From: Phoronis australis
Lineage: Eukaryota > Animalia > Phoronida
DNA length: 64,000 nt
Direction of reading: 5' to 3'
Assembly: GCA_002633005.1 (NCBI GenBank)
Contig: NMRA01000254.1
Span: forward strand, 217,722-281,721
Made by a program: the position numbers and the translations under genes. The notes under the pieces are model-generated. The model made no database searches, had not been told where the DNA came from, and was given only the letters and a program-made list of their open reading frames with translations. Of the stretch, positions 45,041 to 59,525 are shown piece by piece (positions within the stretch are counted from its first letter, which is position 1; the number at the start of each line of letters is the position of its first letter).

Positions 45041-47190
45041 CACAATCAAGGTCCATTGACTGTGTTACGGTCTAAAATAAATTTTTTAGTCACCAAATGC
45101 CAACTGAATCTCGTATGCAAAGAGTTATTTAGTTGTGCAAATTAAAAAAAGAATAATCAAAATCGGACAATGTTTGAGAAATTTATGCATGTTTTTGTCT
45201 ATGAATTTCATGCATTTTTACCAATACGAGTGGCCATTTTAAAAATTGCTGTTTTCAACTGTCAACAGTGGAAAAAAAATTATTAAAAAAGCAATTGCTT
45301 TGATATGACTGGGAATAACTTGAGTCACTTTCAGAATCACTTAGATGAAGTTGTGCTTAATCATTGAGAAATGGTAGGGTTCATCATAGAACAGGCACTC
45401 GTTACGAAATTTGTAAATTCTGTGTTTCTAACCTTCACCTACTGTAAAGAAGGTTAAAAACTAAAGTTCACACTCTGTACTAAAAAGAACTGTCTAGGCA
45501 ACACAGAAAATTATACAATATCTAAACAAACCAAAAGTTTGGATATTGACTGGGTTCTGTTATGTTGAAAATGGGCCAAAAACGCTAACAAAATGTAGTG
45601 TACGTACCCCCATGTGGAATTCAGTAACACAAATGGTCATTGCAAATGAAATTATTGCCTCTTAAATAACAAAATGGTGCTTATTATCACCAAAGAAAAA
45701 TAAATGGCCATACAACATTACGTTACCATGTGATGCAGAAACAGTGATGCAGTGTACGTACCCCCTTTTGTAGTGTACGTACCCCCATGTTTACAAATGC
45801 CACGAAATAAAAATATCACTTGGTAAGTGGGCAACATTGACCATAGGCAGTTTCCTTCCTTAAGAATGTTAGGTTAAAGGGTGTTTATTGCAAATACATT
45901 TGTTTTGAGTGAAATATGTAGCACTTGTGTAGTGTACGTACCCCCATATTTTAATTAGTGCCTATTTTCAAAGTATGGCAGATAGGCACATGAATGCTGT
46001 GCTTTTTATTTTTTCTCTTTGAATTGATTTAGTAAATCAACTAACACTCAGTAGATTCGTATTTTAGGTATTTATTATCATTTACAAACAATTACAAAAA
46101 CAAACAAACAAATATCTCGTTTAAAGTAAACTAGCCGTTACCCGTGCGAAAGCACGGGTAGCAGCTAGTGGGAAACGCCAAGGGAAATACATGTAGATAC
46201 TCCTAGGAGTGAACATTAATGCTCATTGCAAGAGACGGAAATACTTCTTGAAAGGCCGTGTTCAAACAAGTCATTGAAATGTAGTGTACGTACCCCTGTG
46301 TAATGTACGTACCTTCAACCTCTGTGCTATAGTATTGCCCACGAGTATTTTTACATACTGCTGTTCCCATGAACAATAATGATATTTTCAGAATGCATGC
46401 AGTCTGACAAAAATGGATATTATTAAATTTGTGGGCAATAAAAAATGCCACACAGGACTTGGCTAGTAACATCCTAGAAGACACGTCATGTGACAACTGA
46501 TGTTGCAGGGCAGGTTCTCTATCTCTCAAGACAACTTGCAACAAAACAACTAGTAGAGGCAGCACAAAACTCGAGATCACCCCATACATTTGTAACTTAG
46601 TCAAAATTTGACGTTGATTGACTGTACGTAGTGTACGTACCCCCCAACCAGTACCATTTTTTTCTGTTTACAAGTTGAACACTGGGCCTAGCATTGTTTT
46701 GACTATTTTGACCAAGTGCTGAATGTGTTGAAAACTAGGTAAATAGCACCAGTAAAGTTTTTGGAACAAGTAGTTACTTGTCATTTTCTTTTTGTAAGAA
46801 TCATATTGCAAGACGGAAAAAGTTCTCATTATACTGTGTTAATATATGCAATGTATCATCAACTAGAACAACTTGATCAGCACGGTAATAACTTTTCTTA
46901 CTTTAGTTTGTGATACTTCTTCAATTTGATCAATAACTTGTTTAATTAACAGCTACCTTATGAATTTATGCATGATAGAAGTGGGCAGTGACCACAAATT
47001 GTAGTGTACGTACCCTTTTATACAACTGCGATGCATTAGGCCATAAAATTTTATTTGGTGGTTCTTGTGCAAAAATATTTTAGTTTATAAACCTGGAATG
47101 ATGGTACTTTAAAATAACCCAGCTTTTACAGTTATATGACAACCTTCATTTTTCACGAAAAGTGGCCACCGAATATGGACCTTGATTGTG
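45041..47190. mobile_element. ~2.15-kb non-autonomous CAC...GTG TIR element (EnSpm/CMC-like)
   Basis: Perfect TIR cacaatcaaggtccat/atggaccttgattgtg flanked by AT on both sides (possible 2-bp TSD); internal GTAGTGTACGTACCCC motif x7. Confidence 0.7.
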
Positions 47191-49844
47191 ATTTGCACGA
47201 CAGTGTTTAACCCCAAACCTCTGCTTCCTTGCAAATGCTAGACATGAGCCAACACTAAATTCTGACTCGGAAAAGGTGGTTCAAAAGTGTTGCAATCCAA
47301 CTAGTATTTTTGCAATTATGGGTTATTTGTGGGCTGCCTGAAATCGCTGCAGGTTTCTGAGTCGCTGCCTAGAATGCGACAATACTAATGGGTCCACCAT
47401 TGTAAAGAAAAGTGTATCTTCAGCCGAGCTAGTGAACAGTTCTCATTCCCAACATGTTTACAAATACATGACAAACCAGATTAACTGAACCTATTAATTA
47501 AGTCGCTAAACCTGGCCTTTCCGAAATATTTAATTTCTACGAACTGCAAATTACCCGCAGGTACAGTCTAACTGCACAGTTCCACCTACCAACTCAGGCC
47601 AGTAGCCAGCATCGTTCGGAGGGTAGTTCGAATTTTTGAAACGGTGAACCTTTTGATCATACTTCGCAAACGTCGGCCATTTTTTCAGTAGCGCCCGTAT
47701 GCAACTAAACTCGGTAGAAGGGAAATCCGTATACACGACGAAGACTCTTGCCGGTTCCATTTTCTTGAGACAAGACGGAATCCGAGCAATGGCGATGCCA
47801 TCACGGTTACTCGAAAAAAAAAACGGGACCCAAATTCAGATGTAATGTGGTCCACAAAGTTCTCTTTCTGGGTTACTGATAAATGAGTGTTTAAACACCA
47901 TCACATACGCTGACGGAAACATTTAGTGAGAGAGAATGACTTGAAGAAATTTTTGTCAGGTTGCTCATAGCGTTGGAAATCGGAACAGCCTGCTACTCCG
48001 CCAAAGGCATTTCTTCAAAGGTTCATTACTCCGAAGATTCACTACCCCGAAAATGTATGACATTTCGGATTGAGATGTAATTTATGTACTTCCATATGCA
48101 AAAATACACATATCGGTTTAGACGCAGTGGCGTACCTGTATACTGAGAACAACGCCCGGGTATTAATAAACTTAAATTACTTGTTTGGGTTTCTTACGCA
48201 TGCGAAAGTTTGCTTCTAAGCATTTCTTTTGAAAAAGGAGAATGAAATCAATGCGTTCTTGCATTTGAAAAGAATATGAAGTAGGAATATTGATGAACTA
48301 TCAACCACGGTAGATTCACCAAATTCATTTTAAAATCGCATCAATTCACAGCGCGCCTGAAAGTTAATCCGCAGTGCTTCAACCTCACCCACCGCGTCGG
48401 AAAGACGCGCATGGCCAGGTCGGAACTAAAAGTTGTAGTTTACCCTATCCCTGCTTGTCTTCACCAAGTTAGAGAGCCACATCCACATGATCCAGTATTC
48501 TCAAATTTAAATTCGCCCGTAAGCCGCCGCAACCCTGAAATGGATTTAATATTCCCTTGCGGCCAGGTGCAGGTGTTGTCCCTGTTTGAAAACGAGTCGT
48601 TTATGATTCAAGAATCGCGATTGCAAATGATTGGAACTGAGCTCATGTGCAAGCAATGCAATCAATGTTTTATGAACTATTCAACTTTGGCTACTATATG
48701 GGCACAAAATCAATAATTTATGAATTTTAGTTCCGCTTCATTAGTAGACATTCAAAAATAGTACTAAACTGTCGGACTTGTGAACATTTTTTTCACAATA
48801 GTGAACATTGGAAATCTTTTCCATCAAGTTTGTTGCTCGTATGAGGTCTGCGAGGTTGTGCACCATCGACAGTAATTTAGAAGAGAAGACTTTTCTTCGT
48901 TGACCAAAGATTTTTGATAGTTCTGAGCCTATCTTTACCCAGAATAATGTGAACATGTTCGTCGGCGCGATTTTCTCATTGCAAGAACGGTTACCGTAGT
49001 GAAATGTCTGCTTTTCGAGCAAAACAGATGGCTGCCTATTGAAGTTACGTGTACTGTATTTAAAAGAATGAAAACGCACACATCACATGCATATGAATCT
49101 ATCAATAAACAACCGAAGCGTACACTGGATGAACATTATATTCGACAATGACTTTCAATTCGAAAATTAAAAATGCCTGCACACCACTATATGCTGGCAA
49201 CTATACCAAAAATTTAGGTAACACACCTATCTTCTGCTGTTTTGTTGGTTGATCGATTTTAAGCCATTCACACACTACGTTTTGGGGCCTCTCGCGGCAT
49301 TTAGTTCTAGGCTCGTGTTAATCTATGGTACAACAAAAACTCCCTCTTTATGGTCTCTGGGTACAGCGTGGCAGTCGGTGGCTTACGACTGTATGTAAAG
49401 TCGCCTGGGCGAACCTGTCATCTACTGTAGTACGCAAACACATGGCCACATGGCAATTGCCGCCTTTTACGGCCCAAGTTATTACCTAAGGCGCCTGGCA
49501 GAACCAAATTTGAAATTATTAGCAACTTGATTAACTTAGTAGTACCAGTAATAACTACAACAATTTTGTTGGAATTTTTGTTCATCTATATCCTATACGT
49601 AACAGATATGTACGGGCTGGACCTTTTCCGCGGGGAGGGTTCGATCGAACCCCCCCTGCAGCCTCCTGGTATTACTGGCCTGAGACTTCGTCGAAACTAT
49701 ATGTTGCATGAACAATTGCTGTCATAGCGCACAAAAGATTTCGTTGGAGTAATCGGCACGAGACCTGCATATGCATACGTATATAGCTCCATTGTATGAT
49801 CTGTGTAGGCCTACCGGTAATAAATCTTAACTTGTTTGTCACTG

Positions 49845-50030
49845 CGGTTTCAATCCCCGGCGGTCATGTTCAGTCCCCGGCGGTCCTGTTTTCTGGTGGG
49901 TCGGTCATGTTTTTAGGTGCGCCGGTCAGTCGCATTTTCTGGTGCGACGGTCCCATTTGATTCCCGGAGGTCCTGTTTTAGATGAGTCGGTCCCATTTAA
50001 GAGGACAGGCGGTCATGTTGTTTCTCACCC
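49845..50030. repeat. ~21-bp degenerate tandem repeats (cggtcNtgtt units), probable transposon subterminal array
   Basis: About eight cggtc-anchored units. Confidence 0.55.
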
Positions 50031-53000
50031 AGGGAACAAATTGTTGGTCATAGGTCCATGATGTAAATTGACATGCGTCATCTCAATTAAACAATTGTTC
50101 TGTGTTGCAAAAATCTTCACTGTACTTAGCCGCTTGTTAAGTTTGATTATTGCATGTCTTCTAACACCAGCCAACTGGACGTACGACCATGTGACGTCAT
50201 TGTAATTGCTATCGAGCGTAAACAACTATTATGTAACTGGGACAAGCGCGTTGCTAACGAAGTTTTACATAAATGAAATTGACGACTAAGTACCATCCAC
50301 TGGTATTTGACGAAGATTAATTTCTTCTTGAGCGAGCTAGGTGTAATAGTCGGATGTGAAGTCTTTTTGCGCTGGGGCAACGCGTGTAACTATTACTCCA
50401 CTTATCGGCATTGACCGGTAGTTTGTTCTAGGTTAGCTTGCCCAGGCGCAAGCCGTAATGTCGACGCAAACCCCTTAACATTCGGAAGTAATTACCAGCA
50501 GCACGCTTCCTCAGTTACACGCATAGCGGGGTTGTTGAACAAGTGTTGCACCATACTTGTTTCATGGTCTAGGGTGTGTAATGTGGACGCTTGGCTGAAC
50601 TGGGACAAGCTGTTCCAGAGCATGTTGACCCGGGGTAACTCGTAGTGTGGACACGGTTGTAATTAGCGTTTTTGTAACAAACGCGTGTTCTTGCTACATT
50701 TTTTGACGTTGTCGTTTAAGGTTTTGTTACGCATTGGTCCAAGAAGTTCTAAATAAATATCATGAATCGGGTATTCATTTCACACTGGAGATGGGTTAAT
50801 TGTGTCTACATGCATCACAAGCCGTGACCGCCACCAGTAAACTGACAAAATTATACCGACAAACGAGCTACAATATCAATGTCAAGGAAATATTACTTTA
50901 TTTGATGATTTTAACCTTATTTAATAAAAATCGTAAGCGAATGAAAATCACAAGCGTGCATGTTTCATGTACCACTTGACGACTGCGGTCTCTTTGTCCG
51001 CTTTGACGGAGGCACTGATACGCCGTAAAATTTCGATAGACTGCGTTAAAGCTAACTGCACTGTGTGTACGTATGCACCTTTGTCAAAATAGAACTTGCG
51101 AAGGCTGTGTTTACACTCGGTTCTCGAGTCCCGTTAGAACTGGGAATCCTTAGTTTGTAGGTCAACATTGCATCGCCTAAATTAAAAAAAAAAAACGCCA
51201 TAAGTTCGCATAAAATCGTCACATTTTTGGAAAATGTCAAATACAGCTCTCGCCTTATTGGCAATTCTACTTTTTCCGTCACTTTGACGGTCTCTATGAG
51301 CTTCGTCTTCTATTCGACCAAAAATTTTTCGATTCTTCGACAAGAGATAAAAATATTCAAAACCACGAAGGCACACATGTACTTGTAAGTCTAAGCCAGC
51401 TGATTCACTCAGCATATGATCTGCATGGGGAAACTAGAGAAAACCAATGCCAAGGGATTTGCTTAGGAAAATAGGCGCCATTTTTGATCCAATTGACAGA
51501 TCACGCTTAAACCGCAATGTATGGTATCTAAAAGGGGAACTTCCCTAGAAATCAACAACTCCAAGTTATGAAATTCATATAAAATCCCTCCATGCAGTTT
51601 TACAGCAAACAAAGACGTTGGTTTCCGATGGTTCCTTCGGCAAAAGTCACCGTTGGTAACGACTGTTTGCGCGTAACCCATAGATGACAAATTTATAAGC
51701 CGCAAACTTAAAATATGGACATTTGTTAAAACTCGGCTTGTTTTAAGATTTAAATTGTCAGTTTCCAGCTTCATAAGTGATGGTGGCCCTGTTTTCTTTC
51801 TTCCTTTCGAATATGGCTATTCAGAAAATAACCGCATCCAGACCATGCTGTTTTGTGTGAGTTTACTGAAAGGCTCTTGTAGTTAATTCAGTCATGTCAC
51901 CGCCTGAGTGTATTTCCGGGAAATTCCCTCTGGAATTTTCCGACCAATGGTTTCAATGACCCCCAAAATACGATTGAGCATATTTCTAACATCCTGAACC
52001 GTCTGCTTTCGACATCGGACGTCCATGCCACCTGGTCGGCATGCACAAATAGTGGGATTGTATTAAAAACCCCTCGACCCCCACACCCCTCGACACATGA
52101 CGCCCGCGACTCACAACCCCCTTGACCCACCACTAACATAACCCAAAGCCGGGTTCGGCTCCGTCAGGTTATCGACTTCTCTGGGTCTGTACACCAGCAC
52201 AGCTAGCATCAGACTCAACCATAAGTTTCAAACGCACCATTAACAAGGTGTATATAATTGAACCAGGAACAACGCACCTTTCTGAGAGAAACGGCAGACG
52301 GACCTCCGATGGACCGAAAATAGACCGATGCTGCTTTCGTCCCATAGCAGCGCAGGAATGTAGACGATGGACAGGAATCACGAACTATTTTTCGTTTTGA
52401 CGATCAGAGGCCGGGAAGGTTGGCACGCGATCTGTCACACGCTCTGTCTGCACAAGACCTGCTGTGCGGAGCCAGAGGGTGCACGAATGTGTTCGTCCGG
52501 TGGAACAATGTCTCATGCAACAAAACTCAAAATTCGAATTTATTACATCAAGACATGGGGTGTGCAGCGCAGAATTAAGTGGGGACTATAGGCCCCCCAG
52601 GCCCCTATGGTGCGCCGCCCATGCAAGATTATTTTTCAAAAGGGGTAAAATGCATTTTAATTTTGAAAAATAGATTAGATTTTAAAATGGTTCCGATAAA
52701 AAGTTATGTTTCTGACCTCTTGTTCTCAACACTACACAGTTCCCACCCCTACATAAATGAAACTTGTTGCTGATAAACCTTTACAGAAAAGTCTTGTACA
52801 TTTATTACTAATGCTTACTGCACTTGCACGTATGTCACAAGGACACATTTAAAACATACCAAAAGTAATGCTGTGCCAATTTTTTAAAAAATGTATGCCT
52901 GAAAGGCACTGTTTGTTAAAACAAAGCACTTTTCTTAAAGGTGTCTGCCACCCGATTTAATTAGTCTTTTTTACCGATTTAATCGGTCTATGATCCACAT

Positions 53001-53099
53001 CGACTCTTTTACGCTCGACCCCACCTTGCCGAGAGGTGTCGCGTTAACCTGTGAAGAAGGTGAGAAACGACACAGCGCCGTCAGTGGTTCATCTGCAGA

Positions 53100-53370
53100 G
53101 TGAATGCCGCTATATTGCGGTGCATCGTTCCCACTTGTCCGAACTATGAAGCTGGGAAGAAAGCGCGTATATCATTTTTTCGAATTTCTCGAGAGCTCGA
53201 AATTCTTAGGAAGTGGCTCGCGATAATGGAGAATGAAAAGTACCACGCTGTTAATAGCAAGTATGAGGCAGTGAAACGTCTCCGTGTCTGTCAGAGAAAT
53301 CACTGTCGGACAGTGATTTCTCTGACGAATTCGGTCTTACCAAAGAACTATCCATACGTTCCGTTGCCGG
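53100..53370 (+). pseudogene. Degenerate THAP zinc-finger coding fragment (DNA transposon remnant, possibly Kolobok or P-like)
   Basis: CIVPTC...ISFFRI...RKWL...RVCQRNH follows THAP C-x-V-P-x-C/F/W/VC-x-x-H spacing; apparent frameshift after the His; ttaa-ag possible element start at ~52935. Confidence 0.55.
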
Positions 53371-54524
53371 TGAATGTTCACGGCGCCTCTCTAGTATTTC
53401 TTGATCAGTGTATTCCGGTTCGAACTGATAGCCTGTGAAACCTAACGATCAGACCCGTGAAATCTTCCTCGGAGGAGCTCTCGACTAAATGGGGATTGGC
53501 GCCGGGCGAGTTGCCACGTAGACGATTATTATTCTTCGAAATGCTTCAAAATGAATTATTCACACCCTAACCAATGCTTATATAAAACTGAACCAAAGTC
53601 TGTCTCATTAGATACAATATGTTATGCTTTTGGAATATTCGTGAGTGCAAATGTTTTGAGAAGCCAGCAATTATAGCTGCGTTACCGGGTTTAGATGCAA
53701 TAAAAGTAGTTGACAGGGCACCGAGGCCGTGTGAGCGCATGCTAATTCAGTGTTTGCTGAATGAAAGCTGCTGTGAAAGAGTAACTAGATTTTGTATGCT
53801 ATGGTCACATGCTGAAGGGGAATCTTTATTTAAATATACAAATACATTATTCAAATCATTGTTACTGTATAACCTTTGCCCTGACGCTTCTGTTCGTGGA
53901 AGGGGAACCTGATTTCGCGGCCCCCGACAAGTGAGTAAGTAGATTTTCAGTTTCGTGGTTAGTTCACCTAAATAATTACGTGCACATTATTTCTTTGACT
54001 CAGTATTATTGTCTTTTCGTTACTGCAGGTTTAGTTTCCAACTTAAGCTGGTTTATGTAAAGTGATGTAAAGTCCCGGCGGCCGCGACGGGCCTGATCGG
54101 GTTCCGAGACAGTGGCGGGGAATAACAAGCGTTTTGTGTGCTTAGAACTGAAAAAGCGCAAGTCTAAAAGTACAACACACAGCTCACGGAAGAAGGATTC
54201 GAATTTATCACCAAACAGACCCAACATGCTATGAACATTCCCACTAAATAAAATTGGTTCTAACCCCGGTGTTTAAGGTAAACGGCGGGGTATGGAAAAT
54301 TGAACTAGACCGTATTTATACACCTTGGCTGAGACGCGCTCGGCTCATGCTCAAAGGGATGCCGCCAAGCTGCTCTATTCATCGAGTCACGAGCGAGGAT
54401 AATTGACTTCGCTCATGCGGATATGATCAGCTGATTACAGTCTAGCCTAACAACTGTACTTTTTATGGAGAGAATTTTACGTAGTTTTTACTGTAATATT
54501 TGAAAAGAGGAGCGAAAACAAATA

Positions 54525-54880
54525 NNNNNNNNNNNNNNNNNNNNNNNNNNNNNNNNNNNNNNNNNNNNNNNNNNNNNNNNNNNNNNNNNNNNNNNNNNNN
54601 NNNNNNNNNNNNNNNNNNNNNNNNNNNNNNNNNNNNNNNNNNNNNNNNNNNNNNNNNNNNNNNNNNNNNNNNNNNNNNNNNNNNNNNNNNNNNNNNNNNN
54701 NNNNNNNNNNNNNNNNNNNNNNNNNNNNNNNNNNNNNNNNNNNNNNNNNNNNNNNNNNNNNNNNNNNNNNNNNNNNNNNNNNNNNNNNNNNNNNNNNNNN
54801 NNNNNNNNNNNNNNNNNNNNNNNNNNNNNNNNNNNNNNNNNNNNNNNNNNNNNNNNNNNNNNNNNNNNNNNNNNNNNNNN
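54525..54880. other. Assembly gap (N run)
   Basis: Run of n characters. Confidence 1.
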
Positions 54881-55561
54881 CCCGTGAAATGAATTTTTCT
54901 AAGCGTTTGTTTGAGCCAATACAGTATACAGCTTTCCACCAAGGCTAGGTGATGCAAGACATTATTACTTGTTCTTTGTTGCATTATAGTAACTGGTCTT
55001 GGCTAATTATCATTTTATGGCCTGGTCATCCATTCAGCCCAAAGTAGTTCCAGAGGTGGCTTATCAGCCAATTATTCACGCATGCTGACTCACAATAGAA
55101 GCCTGATAAGAGTGAAGGTGGATAAATGCGGTGTTCCTACAGTTTCTTGTTTTAGTGGATGTGTTCACGATCGACCACGGTAAATTGGCCTACCCGAACG
55201 TTGTAGGCTACGGTACTTTCAAATACCTATAAATCCGTAACAGTAAAATAAAACAACACGTTTGTATTTGTAAGGGGTTTTTATCGAATTTTGATAATTT
55301 AATGGTGCAAAACGATGAATTCAAGCGATTAAGTTGACACCAGTAAGCGTGTTGTGGACAGCTGAACAGACTGCGTTCGAACCGATTACATCATTGGCTA
55401 ATTTCAACGAGTGATATTTTGCTTTGAGAAACCGCAGAGTGCCTCCATTGACTGAGACAATTGACGGGAAACAATTAGCTGCCCTCACCGCGTCACCTCG
55501 TAGAAGAAATGCAACTAATTCGAACAGTTACGGGGCATGTACAACAGTAGAAAAAGGTTGT

Positions 55562-55643
55562 CTGTTGTGGATATTTAGAAGTTGACTTTATCCAAAAGGA
55601 TACTGTTGTGGATATTTAGAAGTTGACTTTATCCAAAAGGATA
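55562..55643. repeat. Perfect 41-bp tandem duplication
   Basis: ctgttgtggatatttagaagttgactttatccaaaaggata x2. Confidence 0.95.
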
Positions 55644-58464
55644 CCACACCGGTTTTTAGTGACCTATTTTAGTATGTTAAAACATACTAAAAACGACTCG
55701 GTCCATTCAGCTCTGTGGAACAAAACAATGCACCGTAACCTTCGACCAACCTCAAAAATTTTGTAAGAAATTTTGAAAACTCCGTTCAAAGTCTGCTAAC
55801 CTTCCACATTTACTTGCTTGCAGAATAATTCAGTGATTGTGGCCTTTGTTATAATCAGTCACGTACACTGCAGTGTTTTGCTACGTGACTTATTCCCTAG
55901 TAGGCATGCGTACTTGTTTGGTAAGTTTCCCTGTGCGTGATGTGTACATGTACAACGACAAAATACGTCATTAGACATGTCTTACCGCACAAAAATAATT
56001 GTTTGCATAAATGGTACAAAGGTGTGCACAGATTCCATGATCGTGACAACCATCATGGTTCCATGATCGTGACAACCATCAAAATTCCCTAAGTCCCATT
56101 AACGGACCAGCAAACACCAACTGCTACGTAAATCCCTAATGAGACCAATTTCGATTTGTACAACCAAGGTCGTCTTAAAAACATCATGGATTCCCGGACT
56201 CAGCAGTTCAGAGGGACCCCTGTTATATCAACTAACTGTTTATAGCAAGAAAACACTAAAAAGCAGCATCAATATTTGACGATCACGGTTAAATGTTTGG
56301 ACAGTATTAACTCATGGAGTGCTTTACAGAATGCAAGTTTAGCACGGAAATAAATCAGGCGGCATGACACCAGCATGATATTGCCCATTAGAACTGGTAA
56401 TATAAGGTAAAAGCAGTTACTGTAGTAAAAATATTGCTTTTCTTACACCACACTGGTTAATATCACCGACTACGTAATTTTTTGATATTACACGGGCACA
56501 TCATAAAGTAGTGCAAAGTAGAAATCCATACGCCTTACATTTTATCGTCTGCAAAACACTAAAACAACCAAACGCGCGCCAACCAAACAATACCGGAATT
56601 CCGAGAAGGTGACAGAACGGGTGTCGTATACTGCAACCACTGCAGGCGTCTACTTTGGGAAGAGAACTTCTACTTGTGCGTGGCTTGTATAATGTAATAC
56701 ACTCAAGTTTCAGCTTTCTTAATACATATCGAGTTTTTATGTCGTTGGAAAAGTTTTTCTTATACAAGCACTTCTCAACTTCAGATACATTGTATGTAAA
56801 AGAGTACACGAAGGCCGCAGCCGCTCAGCACTCATTTACTGTTGAGGCACGAAAGCAATCTGCTCCTCGGTAGACAACCACGGTGTTGTGGATTCGAAAA
56901 TCATTTACAGTATTACATGTTTGGTTCTTCCCAATCCTAGGATAAAAACACTTCTAGTCTCACCAGGTACAGGTTGAGGTCATTATTGTGCCAAATGAAC
57001 TTAATTTTCATTTTTAAAACGTCTTATTTTTGACACAGGGAATCGTCAATCCGGGTCTTTAATATGAACTTGCCAATTAGCCTAAGTTATTCTAAAGCAG
57101 AAGATTGATCGCGAATGGATGGGAAATTGTTAACGAAAGGCCGTCCATAATGGGTAAAAGGCTTTGGACTGATGATCAGTAAATTACATGTACGCAGATC
57201 TATTGGCAAATGATTTTATTATCGAGTTATTGAAAACCATGGTTTCCATGGACAATTAGTAGCTACGCAATAACGGGTCAAGGATTTCTTGCGTCACTAC
57301 GATTTAGGTAGATGAAGAGAGATGTTGTTTTGTAATGTTACCGTTGTTGCCTAGGAGATGAGCGCTGCATGGGAATTTAAACGCATTTGTGTTACAGTGA
57401 TACCGAATTGTGACAGCGAAAACTTTGGACGTCCCATCTAAAGGTAAGACAGGAGATATACTTAGTGTTAGTAATACCTTTCAATGAAATAGATTACAAC
57501 TATAATATTGTTACTATTGAAACTCCTACTTTTCCTTCTACTGCTGCTGTTAGGAATTCTCAGTTTTTGTCCTGCCTACAGGGGTGCTATCGCTTACAAC
57601 TTACTGGGGACTGCCGTCGTGAACGCGCCCAGTGTCCACGTCTTCAAACAGAAATAGTGGAACTTTGTGCGCGGTTCGGCACTGTATGCCTCATCTCATC
57701 ATTATTTTACTCTATTTTATCTACTTGTACTTATTAACGAATGTTTACACTAATTTATTTTATTTATTAATATTTCAATCTTATTGTACATAGCTCTCTG
57801 TATTTTACTTCATGTACTTATTTCCGACTGGGCCCACTTGAAAATCAATGTATTCACTGAAATGGTCACCCAGTCTTTTAAGAGGTTTAAATGAATAAAC
57901 AAATATTTTCGATAACCGCCTGAAAGCTTTTATTCCGTTTTTATTATTATGTACTTCGTGTCAGGTAGATGCACACATAATTGGTTCTCTGCTTAAATCG
58001 TCGATGTTAACCCGAGGGACTAGTCTTTAGAATTGTGGACTAGACTTGTTCCCAGTTAGGGGTAGCCGATTTCAATCTCTTCTGACACGTCGTGAAATTA
58101 CGTAAAGTAACTTCATGTTGTGTAGGCTCCTACAAAAATGCCCAAATTTTACTAACTTTGGAACATCCTATCAGAGAAATGGCTGGTCAGATTCAAATGA
58201 AACTTTCTGATACAATACTTTACGCATTGTTCTCCTACATGTATATGCTGTTAGAGTTTGCTTTCAAGATTATCCACTTTTATATGAGGGGTTATTATAA
58301 ATAAATCTTTTATGATTTTCTCGAAACAATAAAAAGTGGCTTTAAAACGAAAATGGAGGGAAGTTAAAAAAAAATAACAATGCTTTTGTGATTTCATACT
58401 GAACATTTGTATGTAATGAAATTCTTCCAGGTTTTTCAAGGAATTATATCGAAATTGGAATTCC

Positions 58465-59525
58465 GGTGGAAAACAGACATCACCGACTCCCGCACTTTCA
58501 AAACAGCTAATCAGCCCGAAAAACACAAACCTCGGCCTTTATAACACGACCCCAACCTTTAAAATAGATAAGGATCGGACAGGAAACTCGGACATTTTTT
58601 TAAATTTTGTGAGACCGTTGTCAGTAGCCTCAAGCTTTGAGTTAAAGCATCTTCAAGTACTTTCCAGTTGAATTTGATATTGATATGGGACTATGGTTAC
58701 CATTTCCTGCTCGTGGCTAGGTATTGAAATGGGTATGATTTTTGACATGACCGTGGCCCGTCCGTACCCAACACACTTTTTTCGAAGTACTCCATGGTAA
58801 ATGTTATCGCCAGTAGCTCCGGTCATTTTTTTACAACATTGCAACCAAATTTAAAAAAGAAACGGTAAAGAGGAGACTGGTTATAAGCAAAAAACGTCTA
58901 CCCAAATACAAATCAAGTCGAAACTGATCGGACATCCGACTTTCAACCCGGGCACTGGGCCCGAAACGCCAAACAAATCGACCAACTTTCAAGCAAATTG
59001 TAAACGATTACATTAAAAACAGAAAATTCCAATACTACAGCATCTATAAAGAAAATCCATATCTGCTTCTTGCAAAATAGTTATGAAGGCAGATGAAAAA
59101 TCTCGGATTGAATCCGCCAAATCGTCCACCACATAAGCACTTGCCATTTCTTATTGTCGAGTACACTGTACACCTCCGCGAGTAAATAAGGTCAACGCTT
59201 TATTCGCTAAAGAGATCGGTCATATGTTGTCTAAAATTCTCATATAGTAAACAACATATCACATCAGCTATCTTAAGTACGGAGATTTATTTTTCATCAA
59301 AATGTGAAATTGATTTATGTCGTATGAAAACAAAGCATTTTACAGGTAGTAAGGTACTATTTTCTTGGGACAGAAAATGCAGGAGTGGTCTTTCGGTCCC
59401 CGGGTGTCCTGTGCGATCCCAGGGGCTCCTGTTTTAAAAGTCGGAGTTCATGGTTTTCGGGCTGGTTAGCTATTTTGAGGATGCGAGTCTATTTCGACTC
59501 CGGAATATCTGTTTTTCACGGGGTT
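58465..59525. mobile_element. ~1-kb degenerate element bounded by long imperfect inverted repeats
   Basis: aaaacagctaatcagcccgaaaa (~58500) is the inverse of ttttcgggctggttagctatttt (~59455). Confidence 0.5.

Noticed and set aside
54463-54984. Long ORFs spanning X residues
   Set aside because: Artefacts of the N gap.
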